Part shown: positions 18,490 to 28,963 of the stretch, in pieces | How positions within the stretch are numbered: position 1 is the stretch's first letter | How the letters are laid out: each line of letters begins with the position of its first letter | From: an uncultured Nitrospiraceae bacterium | GTDB taxonomy: Bacteria; Nitrospirota; Nitrospiria; Nitrospirales; Nitrospiraceae | Reading direction: 5' to 3' | Assembly (NCBI GenBank): GCA_963846575.1 | Contig: CAWJWJ010000001.1 | Coordinates: forward strand, 32,001-96,000 | Length of the DNA: 64,000 nt | Translations under genes and position numbers: made by a program | Notes under the pieces: model-generated | The model's input: only the letters and a program-made list of their open reading frames with translations | The model's database searches: none | What the model was told of the DNA's origin: nothing

Positions 18490-19953
18490 TCACTCGACGG
18501 GAGTAGTGGGCGACGGACAGGGACCAGCACCGGCAAGGTCTGCGGAGTGCTCGATCCACTGGGGGAGCAGCGATCCCGCCACCATGCCGGCCGCAGCCAC
18601 CAAAAATCCGACAAGCTGCGGGGGCCAGACCGGATCCGGAGCGCCGGATAGTTCCAGGACCAGCCATGTTGCAAGGCCTGTCCCGATCGCCACGAGCGCG
18701 CCTTGCGTTGTCGCGCGCGCCCAGTACAAGCCGGCAACCAGCGGCACGAAGGCCGCGACGAGCGTGATTTTGTACGCGCCCTCCACCATTTTGAAAATGC
18801 TGGCTTCCGAACGGAGCGCGAAGAGCAGCACGATGGCGGCAAATCCGATCAGCACAGTCCGCATAACCCGCAACAGACCCCGGTCACCGATCGTCGGGAT
18901 GAACCCCTTGACGATATTTTCGCTGAACGCGACCGACGGGGCGAGCAGCGTGGCCGAGGAACAACTCATGATGGCGGAGAGCAACGCGCCGAAGAACACG
19001 ATCTGCGCGACCATCGGGGTGTGCTGCACGATCAAGGTCGGCAGGACCAACTGGGAATCCCGTTCCAGCAAGCCGGCCACCTGCGCCGGATCGATCAGGG
19101 TGGCGGAATAGGCTAGGAACATCGGCACAAAGGCGAAGAAAAAATAGAGCGATCCGCCGAGCACGGATCCCCGCACTGCGGTCCGTTCGTCCCGCGCAGA
19201 CGTGATCCGCTGAAAGACATCCTGCTGAGGGATGGACCCGAACATCATCGTCACCCACGCCCCGAGAAAAGGAATCCAGGAATCAATCCTGGCGGGCGGA
19301 AAAAAATCCAACTTGCCCGCCGCCGCTGCATGGGTCACCACGGCGCCCACCCCGCCGGCTAACCCGCTGACGACCGATCCGATATACAGCATCCCGCCCA
19401 TGATCACGGTGATTTGAACGAAATCAAGAATCGCCACGGAAAACATGCCGCCGAACGTGGTGTACGTCAGCACAATCAGCGCCCCCAGCATCATGCCGAT
19501 CGACTGGCTCATCGCACCGTCCGTCACGATATTGAAGACCAGACCGAGCGCTTTGATCTGCGCCGACACCCAACCGAGGTACGAGGCCACGATGCAGAGG
19601 GTACACAGGACCTCGACGGCACGGTTGTACCGCAAGCGGTAATAGTCCCCGATCGTGAGGAGATTCAATCGATACAGGCGACGGGCAAACAGCAATCCGG
19701 CGAGAATCAAACAGAGGCTTGATCCGAACGGATCAGCGACCACGGCACGCAGCCCGTCCTTCACAAAGGTCGCGGAGATGCCCAGCACCGTTTCGGCGCC
19801 GAACCAGGTCGCGAAGACGGTGGCCGTGACCACAGGCAGGGGGAGGCAGCGTCCGGCGACGGCAAAGTCCTTAGTGTTGTGGACCCGGGTGGCCGCGTAC
19901 AATCCGATTCCGGTCGAACCGGCCAAGTAAAGAATCACGAACAACAGCAACAT
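18490..19953 (-). CDS. Sodium:solute symporter family protein
   Basis: DFAVAGR, ATWFGAET, GSIPQQDVFQR, many TMs. Confidence 0.9.
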   Translation of the reverse strand: MLLLFVILYLAGSTGIGLYAATRVHNTKDFAVAGRCLPLPVVTATVFATWFGAETVLGISATFVKDGLRAVVADPFGSSLCLILAGLLFARRLYRLNLLTIGDYYRLRYNRAVEVLCTLCIVASYLGWVSAQIKALGLVFNIVTDGAMSQSIGMMLGALIVLTYTTFGGMFSVAILDFVQITVIMGGMLYIGSVVSGLAGGVGAVVTHAAAAGKLDFFPPARIDSWIPFLGAWVTMMFGSIPQQDVFQRITSARDERTAVRGSVLGGSLYFFFAFVPMFLAYSATLIDPAQVAGLLERDSQLVLPTLIVQHTPMVAQIVFFGALLSAIMSCSSATLLAPSVAFSENIVKGFIPTIGDRGLLRVMRTVLIGFAAIVLLFALRSEASIFKMVEGAYKITLVAAFVPLVAGLYWARATTQGALVAIGTGLATWLVLELSGAPDPVWPPQLVGFLVAAAGMVAGSLLPQWIEHSADLAGAGPCPSPTTPVE

Positions 19954-20008
19954 GGGATGCATCGCGCGAGGGTGAGAGCGGAACCGACAACCGACGACAT
20001 GCGGGGGG

Positions 20009-20037
20009 ATTGTACCTACAGCGTCGCGCGCGCGCAA
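20009..20037 (-). promoter_or_regulatory. Putative sigma70 promoter of the symporter
   Basis: TTGCGC-N17-TACAAT on the minus strand. Confidence 0.55.
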
Positions 20038-20153
20038 TCGGTGAAGAGTCACGGGCTTTGGCGCGCATCAACTCCATGACAACGTCTGCAGCATCACGTT
20101 GCCGCGAACGGCCGTTTCGTTGACTTCCCGTTTCTCTATGGTAGAAATAGTCC

Positions 20154-20384
20154 ATGCGGTACTCAATCTATTTCGCCTGGTTCCTGACCGTTCTGTCGCT
20201 CGGCATTCTGACGACGCTTGCCTCGCTTCCTGGATTCACGACCGGGGAGCCGGCGCCGGAATCGAAAATCGTCCTGGGGGCGTACGGCTCCCGCTCGATT
20301 AAGGTCCAGCGCGTGCGATGCCATGCCCTCAAACCCGCTTGTCATACCCCCAAACAGAAGTCGCAACAAAAAACGCCGGTCTGA
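20154..20384 (+). CDS. Small hypothetical membrane/exported protein
   Basis: N-terminal hydrophobic helix, two Cys, basic tail; TTGACT just upstream. Confidence 0.5.
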   Translation: MRYSIYFAWFLTVLSLGILTTLASLPGFTTGEPAPESKIVLGAYGSRSIKVQRVRCHALKPACHTPKQKSQQKTPV

Positions 20385-20672
20385 TCTGCACGCTCCCCAT
20401 CCGCTGCCCCCAGGCCTTTCAGCAGACTCGTGACATCCCGAAGGTCGGCCGGAATCGCCTCCGCGCCCGGTCGCCGAGATCCCCTCGCCTTGTTAGGCTC
20501 CAATTGGCCGCCATCCTCAACCTCGATTTTTTGCGTACCGTGGGCAAGACCTCATTCCCGACGACATAGGTCAACGCACGGAAGCATGATGCGTTGTATC
20601 GTCAGGCGCTATTCTGGTCTTCACCGGCGTCGGCATGATAGGCTAGGTTGTACCGAGCCTGGGAGGATGATG

Positions 20673-21167
20673 ATGAGACCTCTCCTGATCCACGGAATGG
20701 CCGTTCCCCAGCGCTGGTGTTGCTCCGTGCTGCTGGGGGTTTGCACTCTTCTCCCTGCATTCGCCGTTCAGGCCGCCGACTCTTCCGGCCCCTGGGAATG
20801 TTCAAACTACAGCGGCGACGCACACACCCGTTGTCTCCAAGCCTTCATCGACATTCAGCGGGAAAAAATCTCCAAGCTGGAAGCGGAAGTCCGTGTCCAA
20901 CAAAGCACCGTCGGGCAGCTGAAGGATCAGGCCGACCGACAGAGTGCCGCGACTGCCGACCTGCAGCGCCAAATGTCGGAACAATCCTCCTCCGTCTCCA
21001 CTTACGGCTATGTGGCCCCCGGGTTACTCTATGGATATCCCTCCGTGGGTTTCGGCCTCTACCTCGGTCGCCCCTGGTTATATGGATCGCCCTTCTATGG
21101 TCGGCCATTTGGTTGGGGCCCGCGCTACTATCGGCCCTACTTTGGTCGATGGCACCGGCGCTGGTGA
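20673..21167 (+). CDS. Exported hypothetical protein (Cys pair, coiled coil, G/Y/P/W-rich tail)
   Basis: SD GGAGG, AVQA cleavage site, heptad region; followed by a terminator. Confidence 0.75.
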   Translation: MRPLLIHGMAVPQRWCCSVLLGVCTLLPAFAVQAADSSGPWECSNYSGDAHTRCLQAFIDIQREKISKLEAEVRVQQSTVGQLKDQADRQSAATADLQRQMSEQSSSVSTYGYVAPGLLYGYPSVGFGLYLGRPWLYGSPFYGRPFGWGPRYYRPYFGRWHRRW

Positions 21168-21171
21168 CTCT

Positions 21172-21202
21172 GCGCCGCCGGTCCCACGGGGGGCGGCGTT
21201 TT
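21172..21202 (+). terminator. Intrinsic terminator
   Basis: CGCCGCC...GGCGGCG then TTTT. Confidence 0.6.
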
Positions 21203-21466
21203 GCCCGCCATTTCAGGCGACTTGTTCCGGCGGAACACCTCTGACCGACGTCCCCATACCTTGCATCCCCCGCTCAACTCTGTAAGCAAAAACCGCAGAC
21301 CGTCTTCTCATGCCGTTGAGATGACGGGGACGGTTGAGCGCTATCCCGACAGTGACCTCCGCTCCCTCGGGCCCCTTCCAGTTCCAATCCGCTAATGACG
21401 GCAATTCTCGCTGTATGGTAAACCATACAGCTCTTCATGGCCGACCCGGTTTTTCGTGGGGCATCC

Positions 21467-23335
21467 ATGCATCGCATACCATGCACCTCCAGCCTCAGCG
21501 TCACGACCTTTCTCCTGGTCTTCCCATTGCTGGCCATGAGCCACGCTCGATCAGAAGAACCATCAGCCAGGCCCTCCATACCGGCAGAGGCGGCAGAACA
21601 GGCGCTGCATCGGTCACTCACCAAAGCCTCACCCGATCGGGCCAAGCTCCTGCTTGAACGAGGGGCGAACATCGAAGCACGCAATGCACAGGGTGCAACC
21701 GCGCTGATCACGGCATCGGAACAGGGCAACCTCGCGATGGTAACTCTGTTGCTGAACGAACGGGCCAACGTTGAGGCCACCGACCACGAAGGCAATACCG
21801 CTCTGCATAAAGCGAGTTTCTACGGGCATGTTCAATGCGTGGAGGCCGTCCTTGCCGCGGGCGCTCGCACGTCCACCCGGAATGACCTCACGTTCACCCC
21901 GCTCCACCAGGCGGTCAGGCGATTCTGGGAAATATCCGGTGAATCCATCGACGAGCGACTCCAGCGGCAGGCGGCGATAGTCCGTGTACTTCTCCACTAT
22001 GGAGCCGACCCGACCCTGCGCGACGGGAGCGGGCGAACCCCGATAGTCCTGGCCTCCGAAAGCACGAATGGCATCCTGCGACAGACCTTCGATGCACCGG
22101 TCATTCCTCTGACGGCTGTCACCCCTCAACCGGAGTTCACTGCTACACTGCACGTTCCGGATAGTCGGTCCGAAGCAGGCACTGCTCCCGCATCCAGCCT
22201 CCACCCGGACCCGTTCCACGAGAGCACATCGGAAAGGCCGACCTCAATGCGACCTGTGCCGGCTTCGCCTTCACACCAAACGATGAAAGAAACCCATAAA
22301 GTAGAGCCGGCCTCCCCTCCCATACCTACCATTCCGAAACCGGCCCCACCCCGTACGACGACCATAGAACCGCCGCGGCAGACCGCATCAGCAGGACCAT
22401 CCGAAGAAACCCCTTCGACGGCCTCTACTCCGCCGCAGTCCATGCCACCGAGGGGAGAAGAACACGCGTCTCCCCGGCCGGCGCCTGCTCCGGAGTCACC
22501 TTCAACCGTGCCATCTCAGAACCCTGAACCCTCCGCCGCGACCGCATTGCCGCCTCCCGTATCACCAGCCACATCCAACCCCGGAGAGAGCGCCCCAGCC
22601 ACGACCTCTTCGGCAGATCTGCGACGACGGGATCTGACGCCGGTCCCCCCGGTAGCTGAACCTCGCGATGAACCTCGGCCAGCCCATCCCGATCAGCGGG
22701 TTCCTGCTGCCGACACCTCCCCGTCTCAAGCCCCTGTTGCCGGGATAGACCGTGCGGGACCGGCCAGGGATCGCCAAACGGCGCCGGCTCCCTCGGCCGC
22801 TGTCCTGGATTCGACAACCGAGTCACAAATGGAACCAAGTCGGGTCCCATCGATATTTCAGAACCTTGGATTCGGACTCGGTTTGGGGTGGACTCATAAT
22901 CTCGGGCCGCGCCGGGTGGACTCGGCCACCGTTGTGAACCGCATCGTCCGGATCGACAGCGAACACAACGACCTCGTGCGTTTCATGCCGGAGGTGCACC
23001 TCTGGCTTGACCGCTGGGATGAGCAGCGGTGGAGTTGGGGACCGTTCCTTGCGATCGCTCCAGGGTCCCGGGTGATCGACGCCGTAGGATTCGGCCTGTT
23101 GCTCGGCTACCGCCCGCACCGGGTCAGTCAATACAGCTTCAACCTCGGGATCGGCGGCACGCTCGATTTGGACGCGCGCGTCCTGGGCGACGGACTCGTC
23201 GCCAACGAACCCTTGCCCCCACAGGAAAACACGGTCCGCACTAAACAGACCACCGCCGCCGGTCTCCTGATCCTCTTTTCCGTCGGATGGGACCTCTCGG
23301 CTCCCCACAGACCCGCCCAGAGCGATGGCAGGTGA
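21467..23335 (+). CDS. Ankyrin-repeat protein with Pro-rich linker and C-terminal beta-strand domain
   Basis: GATALITA, GNTALHKA, FTPLHQA, GRTPI repeats; signal peptide. Confidence 0.85.
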   Translation: MHRIPCTSSLSVTTFLLVFPLLAMSHARSEEPSARPSIPAEAAEQALHRSLTKASPDRAKLLLERGANIEARNAQGATALITASEQGNLAMVTLLLNERANVEATDHEGNTALHKASFYGHVQCVEAVLAAGARTSTRNDLTFTPLHQAVRRFWEISGESIDERLQRQAAIVRVLLHYGADPTLRDGSGRTPIVLASESTNGILRQTFDAPVIPLTAVTPQPEFTATLHVPDSRSEAGTAPASSLHPDPFHESTSERPTSMRPVPASPSHQTMKETHKVEPASPPIPTIPKPAPPRTTTIEPPRQTASAGPSEETPSTASTPPQSMPPRGEEHASPRPAPAPESPSTVPSQNPEPSAATALPPPVSPATSNPGESAPATTSSADLRRRDLTPVPPVAEPRDEPRPAHPDQRVPAADTSPSQAPVAGIDRAGPARDRQTAPAPSAAVLDSTTESQMEPSRVPSIFQNLGFGLGLGWTHNLGPRRVDSATVVNRIVRIDSEHNDLVRFMPEVHLWLDRWDEQRWSWGPFLAIAPGSRVIDAVGFGLLLGYRPHRVSQYSFNLGIGGTLDLDARVLGDGLVANEPLPPQENTVRTKQTTAAGLLILFSVGWDLSAPHRPAQSDGR

Positions 23336-23429
23336 TTCACATTGTTTTCAGAAACCTCGTGCGTCACGGCGACGATTGACGCCGAGAAGAGGTTCCGACT
23401 AAGGTGAGAAGGTTCTGGAGACCCATCCC

Positions 23430-24374
23430 ATGTGCGCCCAACCACAATTTCCGGACGAACAGACCGAGGCAGGCGAATTCCAACGTCAGGACGATGCCTT
23501 CCGCGACCGGGTCACCGACGACAGCCAATCCGCCCATCCAGCCGCGGACGGGCGGTATCATCTGTACGTGTCCCTCGCCTGTCCCTGGGCGCACCGGACC
23601 ATCATCGTCCGCACACTCAAGCATTTGGACTCGGTCATCGGCATGACCGTCGTCGACCCCGTTCGCGACGAGCGCGGCTGGGCCTTTCATGATGGCCCGG
23701 GCCATTCCGGTGACCCGATCAATGGCTTCCATTTTCTCAGCGAGGCCTATCACGCGACCGATCCCGGCTATCGCGGCCGCGTCACCGTACCGGTGTTGTG
23801 GGATACCGTCACGCGTCGAATCGTATCCAATTCAGACGACGATCTCATGCGGATCCTCAACGGAGCGTTCAATCGCTTCACAGACAGCACGCTCGATTTG
23901 TATCCCGCCTCGCTACGTCCCCAGATCGATGCCCTGAACGATGTCATCTATGAGCAAGTGAACAACGGCGTGTATCGGGCGGGGTTTGCCACCTCCCAAC
24001 CGGTCTATGAGAAAGCCGCCCGCCAGCTCTTCGACGCGCTGGACCAATTGGATCTCAGACTCCGCGACCGCCGGTACTTGTTCGGGCCCCAGTTCGTCGA
24101 GTCCGATTGGCGACTCTTCGTCACCCTGGTCCGGTTCGATGCCGTCTACCATGGGCACTTCAAATGCAACCTCCGGCGCATCGTCGACTATCCCCACCTC
24201 TCCGGCTATCTCAAGGATCTGTATCAGGTGCCACGGATCGCCGACACGGTCAATCTGGACCATATCAAACGGCACTACTACGTGACCCATGCCGACATCA
24301 ACCCGAGCGGTATCGTTCCCCTCGGCCCTCTCCTGGATTTGGCCGGCCCGCATGGACGGGGCCACCTCTCCTGA
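23430..24374 (+). CDS. yqjG: Glutathionyl-hydroquinone reductase (omega-like GST)
   Basis: RYHLYVSLACPWAHR, TVPVLWD, NNGVYRAGFA, HFKCN, HIKRHYY. Confidence 0.92.
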   Translation: MCAQPQFPDEQTEAGEFQRQDDAFRDRVTDDSQSAHPAADGRYHLYVSLACPWAHRTIIVRTLKHLDSVIGMTVVDPVRDERGWAFHDGPGHSGDPINGFHFLSEAYHATDPGYRGRVTVPVLWDTVTRRIVSNSDDDLMRILNGAFNRFTDSTLDLYPASLRPQIDALNDVIYEQVNNGVYRAGFATSQPVYEKAARQLFDALDQLDLRLRDRRYLFGPQFVESDWRLFVTLVRFDAVYHGHFKCNLRRIVDYPHLSGYLKDLYQVPRIADTVNLDHIKRHYYVTHADINPSGIVPLGPLLDLAGPHGRGHLS

Positions 24375-24474
24375 TCAGCCTTCTCCAGCATGGTCACCAA
24401 GAATTTTCTTGAGCCGCGGGGGCTGTCTGGCATAAGGTGAGCGAAGGTTCGTTTTTCAGCAGAAAGGATCGTCC

Positions 24475-25152
24475 ATGCGTCATGTGATCGGTGCCGTCTT
24501 TGCATCCGTACTCCTCCTGTCTTCATCCACCTGGGCTGCGGCCGCCGAACCGGCCAACGATGAACAGAAAACCCTGTATGCCCTCGGCGTGGCCCTCAGC
24601 CAGTCGCTCGAGCCATTCACCTTAAATGAGAGCGAACTCGAATTCGTAAGGTCCGGCCTGACGGATGGGGTGACGAAGCGACCGCAGAAGGTCGACATGC
24701 AGGTGTACGGTCCGAAGATCCAGCAGATGCAGCAGGTGCGTTCATCGGCGCTGGCCGATGTCGAAAAGAAAGCCGGAGCCGGGTTCATCGCCAAGGCCGC
24801 GGCAGAACCAGGCGCCAAGAAAACGGAATCGGGCGCCATCGTCACCACCATGAAAGAAGGCAAAGGGGCGACCCCGAAAGCCGCCGATACCGTGAAGGTC
24901 CATTACCACGGCACCCTGATCGACGGCACCGTCTTCGACAGCTCCGTGAAGCGAGGCGAACCGGCCACCTTTCCCCTCAATCAGGTGATCAAGTGTTGGA
25001 CCGAAGCCGTGCAGTTGATCAAGGTCGGCGGCAAGAGCCGGCTGGTCTGCCCGTCCGGAATCGCCTACGGCGACCGGGGCTCACCTCCCGTCATCAAGCC
25101 GGGCGCGACCCTGATCTTCGAAGTGGAACTCCTGGACATCGTCAAGAAGTAG
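24475..25152 (+). CDS. fkpA: FKBP-type peptidyl-prolyl isomerase (FkpA/Mip type)
   Basis: Signal peptide, YALG, VHYHGTLIDGTVFDSS, LIFEVELL. Confidence 0.92.
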   Translation: MRHVIGAVFASVLLLSSSTWAAAAEPANDEQKTLYALGVALSQSLEPFTLNESELEFVRSGLTDGVTKRPQKVDMQVYGPKIQQMQQVRSSALADVEKKAGAGFIAKAAAEPGAKKTESGAIVTTMKEGKGATPKAADTVKVHYHGTLIDGTVFDSSVKRGEPATFPLNQVIKCWTEAVQLIKVGGKSRLVCPSGIAYGDRGSPPVIKPGATLIFEVELLDIVKK

Positions 25153-25161
25153 CCTGCGCTC

Positions 25162-25204
25162 TCAGGAGGACTCTGCGGGCAACCAGTGCGCAGGGTCCTC
25201 CTGA
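25162..25204. terminator. Long hairpin between convergent genes
   Basis: TCAGGAGGACTCTGCG ... CGCAGGGTCCTCCTGA (16 bp, one G-U). Confidence 0.65.
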
Positions 25205-25270
25205 TTCTTCCCCCGACAACTCACTACCGGTGCCACGCTCGGCGAAGCAGACAACGCCCGCTCAAACGGC

Positions 25271-26701
25271 TTACCGGATCCTGACCCTGGATACGGAGTA
25301 CCACCGATCCGCACGTTTCCCCTCGATCGCCAGATCGACATGGGGCGCACGCCCGTCCTCCGATAGAATTGCCACATCAATGAAGTAGGTACCGGCCTGA
25401 ATGTCCTCCGGTACGACCAGACTGTCGACGATCTCCGGAGTCGGCCCGGGCAACCACCGCTTCACATCGGCATGACTGGTCCACTGGGCGACCACCTGAT
25501 CGGAACTCGACCGCAGCCGGTAGGCCAGCGGCCAGGGATGATAAATCGGAGCCACCCCGACATTGTCCCAGTGCGAGCGGAGCATGAGGGGTTCGCCCCT
25601 CCGGCCTGCCAAGGGGTGGGTCATCTCACGTAATGCGAATCGATAGCCGATCTTTTTCAGGAACTCGTTGAAGCGCGGCCGCCAGGCGAGGGGCACCGGC
25701 TTCGACTTTGCGTTCAGCACCGACATGTGCCACTCCGACCCTTTCGCCAGGATGCGGTCGAGATCAAACCCGCGATCGTACCAGTCCTGGATGTACCCGC
25801 AGACCTCCATCTGAACCGGTCCCCGCTTCCAGGCATCCGCGACCACCGGGTCCTCCAGCACCGGAGCATAGGCATGCTCCATGTGATTCCAATCGGGGCG
25901 GAAGTAACCATAGTCGCCGAAGCAGTCTGCGCGCCAGCCTGCTCCCTTGGAAGCGGCATACTTGAGCGGCCCGCCGTGGAGCATGACGAGCGGTGTTCCC
26001 GCAAAATATTTGAGATACCAATCCGTAATCGCAATCTGGTTGGCCTCAGTCGGATACAACTCTTTGCACTGAGTTTCGACGCCGACGCAGCAGGCCACAT
26101 TCCACTCGCCCCAGCAACCCACCGATCCGATATCCACGTGATCGATGTCCACCGATCGCCCGTACCGTTCGCCGAAGGCGCGGATGAGCCGTTCATGGTA
26201 GTCGAGAAAGACCGGATTATTGTAATCGGGAAAGATGCCATCCGACTCCTTCACGCTGGCCACGCCCTTGTCGAGCAACCATTGCGGACTGCCGGTCTTG
26301 TATTCGGACACGATCCGGATCGCGAGCGTCTCGCCCTTGGCCTTGGCCTGTTCGATGACGCGATCGACGAGGGCAAAGTTGTACTGTCCCTCGGCCGGTT
26401 CGAGTTCAGCCCAGGGCCAGCGGAAATACGCCACCGTCGCATGTGGATACTCGTCCACGCCGGGCGGATGGCCGAACCCGAAATGAAAATCGGCAAATCC
26501 CATCCCGGGGTTGTAGAGCAGGTCGTCAATTTCGCGTGGATGCACCGTTACGACATCCTCATCGCGCGGCGCGCTCGCGGACTCGGGAGCCCCCCGCTCA
26601 TGCTGAGCAAGGCCCGGCGAGCCTGACCCCGCCCCGGCACAGGCACTCACGCTGCACAACAGCGCCAGCAGCACGGATTTAGGCCACCCTCGTCTATCCA
26701 T
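25271..26701 (-). CDS. Lipoprotein, glycoside hydrolase-like TIM barrel with DUF4832-like C-terminus
   Basis: Lipobox VSAC, LYNPGMG, WAELEPAEGQYNF, GCWGEW, IGYRF. Confidence 0.75.
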   Translation of the reverse strand: MDRRGWPKSVLLALLCSVSACAGAGSGSPGLAQHERGAPESASAPRDEDVVTVHPREIDDLLYNPGMGFADFHFGFGHPPGVDEYPHATVAYFRWPWAELEPAEGQYNFALVDRVIEQAKAKGETLAIRIVSEYKTGSPQWLLDKGVASVKESDGIFPDYNNPVFLDYHERLIRAFGERYGRSVDIDHVDIGSVGCWGEWNVACCVGVETQCKELYPTEANQIAITDWYLKYFAGTPLVMLHGGPLKYAASKGAGWRADCFGDYGYFRPDWNHMEHAYAPVLEDPVVADAWKRGPVQMEVCGYIQDWYDRGFDLDRILAKGSEWHMSVLNAKSKPVPLAWRPRFNEFLKKIGYRFALREMTHPLAGRRGEPLMLRSHWDNVGVAPIYHPWPLAYRLRSSSDQVVAQWTSHADVKRWLPGPTPEIVDSLVVPEDIQAGTYFIDVAILSEDGRAPHVDLAIEGKRADRWYSVSRVRIR

Positions 26702-26924
26702 CTCGCCTCCTTTGCTAGCCTGAACCGACTCAGGCCTCTCTGCCTCCGGAAGACAGTCTCGAGTGGCGCCCGCCTCATGACATTCCTCCCGGATCGTCAT
26801 CGGCACCATCGCTGGCAGAGCGACCGCACCACTCCCTGCGTGACCCCACCGTTGGAAACGGCTGTGGGGTCACGCCGTGAATTATGATAGGGTACGCGAC
26901 CAGACCCGAGGAGCGGCGACCCAC

Positions 26925-27809
26925 ATGGTGAATCTCTTTTCCCGACCTCCGAAATCCGACGGCGTATTGATCACCGGCGCCTCCACCGGCATCGGCGCCG
27001 CCTGTGCCCTCGCGCTCGACACACTCGGATACCGGGTCTTCGCGGGCGTCCGCAATCCGGCGGACGGGGAGCAACTCCAGCGACAAGCCGGTCCACGCCT
27101 CATGCCGATTCGCCTCGATGTCACCGACCAAGCCTCCATCTCCGCCGCGAACCATACCGTGACGGCCATGATGGGCGACTACGGTCTGGCCGGATTGATC
27201 AACAACGCGGGTATCGGCGTCGCCGGTCCCATCGAGGCGCTGCCCCTCGCTGACTGGCGGCGGCAATTCGAAGTGAATGTCTTCGGGCTCATCGCCGCGA
27301 CCCAGACATTTCTTCCGTTGATCCGCAAAGGCCGGGGACGCATCATCAACATGGGATCGATTGCCGGCCGCGCCAGCATGCCCTTCATGGCCCCCTATGC
27401 CGCATCAAAACATGCCCTGGTCGCCATTACCGATGCGCTCCGCATCGAACTGCAACCATGGGGAATCCGCGTGGCGCTCATCGAGCCGGGAGCCATCGCC
27501 ACGCCCATTTGGAGAAAGACCCGGAACGAGGTGGACAAGTGGGACGCGTCCTGGAACCACGGCCTCAAAACGATGTATCAAGAAGGGTTCACCCGGGTCA
27601 AAGAAGCGGCCACGGCTGCCGGAGAACAGGCACAGCCGGCGAAACTCGTCGCCGACGCCGTAATCCATGCGCTGAGGTCCCGGTGGCCGAAACCCCGCTA
27701 CCTGCTGGGCTCGGATGCGGCCATCCGCGCCTATCTCTCCCTGCTGCTCCCGTCCCGTCTGAACGACTGGCTCGTCACCACGATCGTGGACCTGCCGCGG
27801 CGTCGTTGA
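26925..27809 (+). CDS. Short-chain dehydrogenase/reductase (17beta-HSD/RDH-like)
   Basis: TGASTGIG, NNAG, YAASK. Confidence 0.92.
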   Translation: MVNLFSRPPKSDGVLITGASTGIGAACALALDTLGYRVFAGVRNPADGEQLQRQAGPRLMPIRLDVTDQASISAANHTVTAMMGDYGLAGLINNAGIGVAGPIEALPLADWRRQFEVNVFGLIAATQTFLPLIRKGRGRIINMGSIAGRASMPFMAPYAASKHALVAITDALRIELQPWGIRVALIEPGAIATPIWRKTRNEVDKWDASWNHGLKTMYQEGFTRVKEAATAAGEQAQPAKLVADAVIHALRSRWPKPRYLLGSDAAIRAYLSLLLPSRLNDWLVTTIVDLPRRR

Positions 27810-27813
27810 CAGT

Positions 27814-28602
27814 TCACCGGCTTGTCACTCGCACCATATCGATCACCTGTCCCTGCCCGTCGAGATAGACCGATACCAGTTCGTTGGGAGCCAGCTGCTC
27901 GATGGCGGGCTGGAGCAACGGCCGCACAGGAAAGGTCTGAATCTTATCGAGCTCCATACGAAGACGAACGCGGCCGTCTCCGATGGTCACGAACGCGCCT
28001 TCCACATGTCCTTCCGGAGCTGCCGGCGATGAGCCGGCCGCCAGCTCGCGCGGTTTCCCCAACGAAAAGACATCGACCAGGAGATAGGCTCGATCCACGG
28101 CGAAATCGGCCGTTTCGCCAACTTCCAAGGCGGCTAGTTTTTCCAAAGCTACCGTGCGCGCATAAAACCCGACATCGCGGCCGGTATCGAGGCGAATCGT
28201 CACGCGCTCCTTCTGCGGGTTAAAGGGCTTACCCAGGGCACCCCGAAAGACTTTCGTCGGCGAAGTTCGGGCGGGACGCTGGTAGGTCACAATCTCATCA
28301 CGATCATTCACCATGATCTCGACCGCCCCCCCGACTTGGAGGCCGCGGGCCTCGTCTCCTCCGGCTTCGATCGAGAGGTACCGGGGAGTTTGTTCAGCCG
28401 TGGCAACTTCCACGCGGTCGCCTGACATGCTGCGGATGGTCCCCTTGACGAGCCTGGCACTGGGCAGAATTCCCGGCACCGGTTTCAATTCCTCAATGCT
28501 GAGTCCATGAATCAACGCGGCCGAGCTCCCGCAGCCCGCGAGAGCGCCGGCCATGATGATCACGCCGGTTAGTACACAACGTGCCGCTCCTGTCCTACGC
28601 AT
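27814..28602 (-). CDS. Hypothetical lipoprotein with three beta-rich repeats
   Basis: Lipobox LAGC; recurring units LQVGGAVEI, LEVGETADF, LAPNELVSV. Confidence 0.7.
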   Translation of the reverse strand: MRRTGAARCVLTGVIIMAGALAGCGSSAALIHGLSIEELKPVPGILPSARLVKGTIRSMSGDRVEVATAEQTPRYLSIEAGGDEARGLQVGGAVEIMVNDRDEIVTYQRPARTSPTKVFRGALGKPFNPQKERVTIRLDTGRDVGFYARTVALEKLAALEVGETADFAVDRAYLLVDVFSLGKPRELAAGSSPAAPEGHVEGAFVTIGDGRVRLRMELDKIQTFPVRPLLQPAIEQLAPNELVSVYLDGQGQVIDMVRVTSR

Positions 28603-28754
28603 CGTGCCTCCAATTCTCTATGGTCCGATGATAAAACAAACCGCCCGGCCGAGGCGAGAGTCCATCCATCGAGCCTCGCCCGAGGATCGCCGGCAGCCCG
28701 GGCCGACCCGAACTTCACGGGGACCGTGATTAATCGCATGGCGCGGCCCCGCGC

Positions 28755-28901
28755 ATGGAATGTCTCGAATGGATCAACATCGTGTTGTTCGCCATGTCCA
28801 TTGGCCTTTCGTTCCTTCCCTCGGTCGGCCATATGACTGCTGCCCGTCGTCCGGCCCAGGCCCGGCCGGGGAACCATCCCGCCGGATCCGCCCCGGACTA
28901 G
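28755..28901 (+). CDS. Possible 48-aa single-TM protein
   Basis: MECLEWINIVLFAMSIGLSFLPSVG...; no clear SD. Confidence 0.3.
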   Translation: MECLEWINIVLFAMSIGLSFLPSVGHMTAARRPAQARPGNHPAGSAPD

Positions 28902-28963
28902 GCATCCGGGGCCGGCTGTGCTAGAAGACTGGGCTGCTGAAGACAACTCTCATCTCCAAACCG

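Noticed and set aside
22100..22830. Pro-rich stretch as a possible tandem repeat or CRISPR-like array
   Set aside because: No repeated nucleotide unit; it is a coding low-complexity linker. I saw no CRISPR array anywhere in the window.
24429..24443. TGGCAT-N5-GAGC before fkpA, and similar GG-N10-GC hits near 56581 and 60608
   Set aside because: The -12 boxes are too degenerate to call sigma54 promoters.
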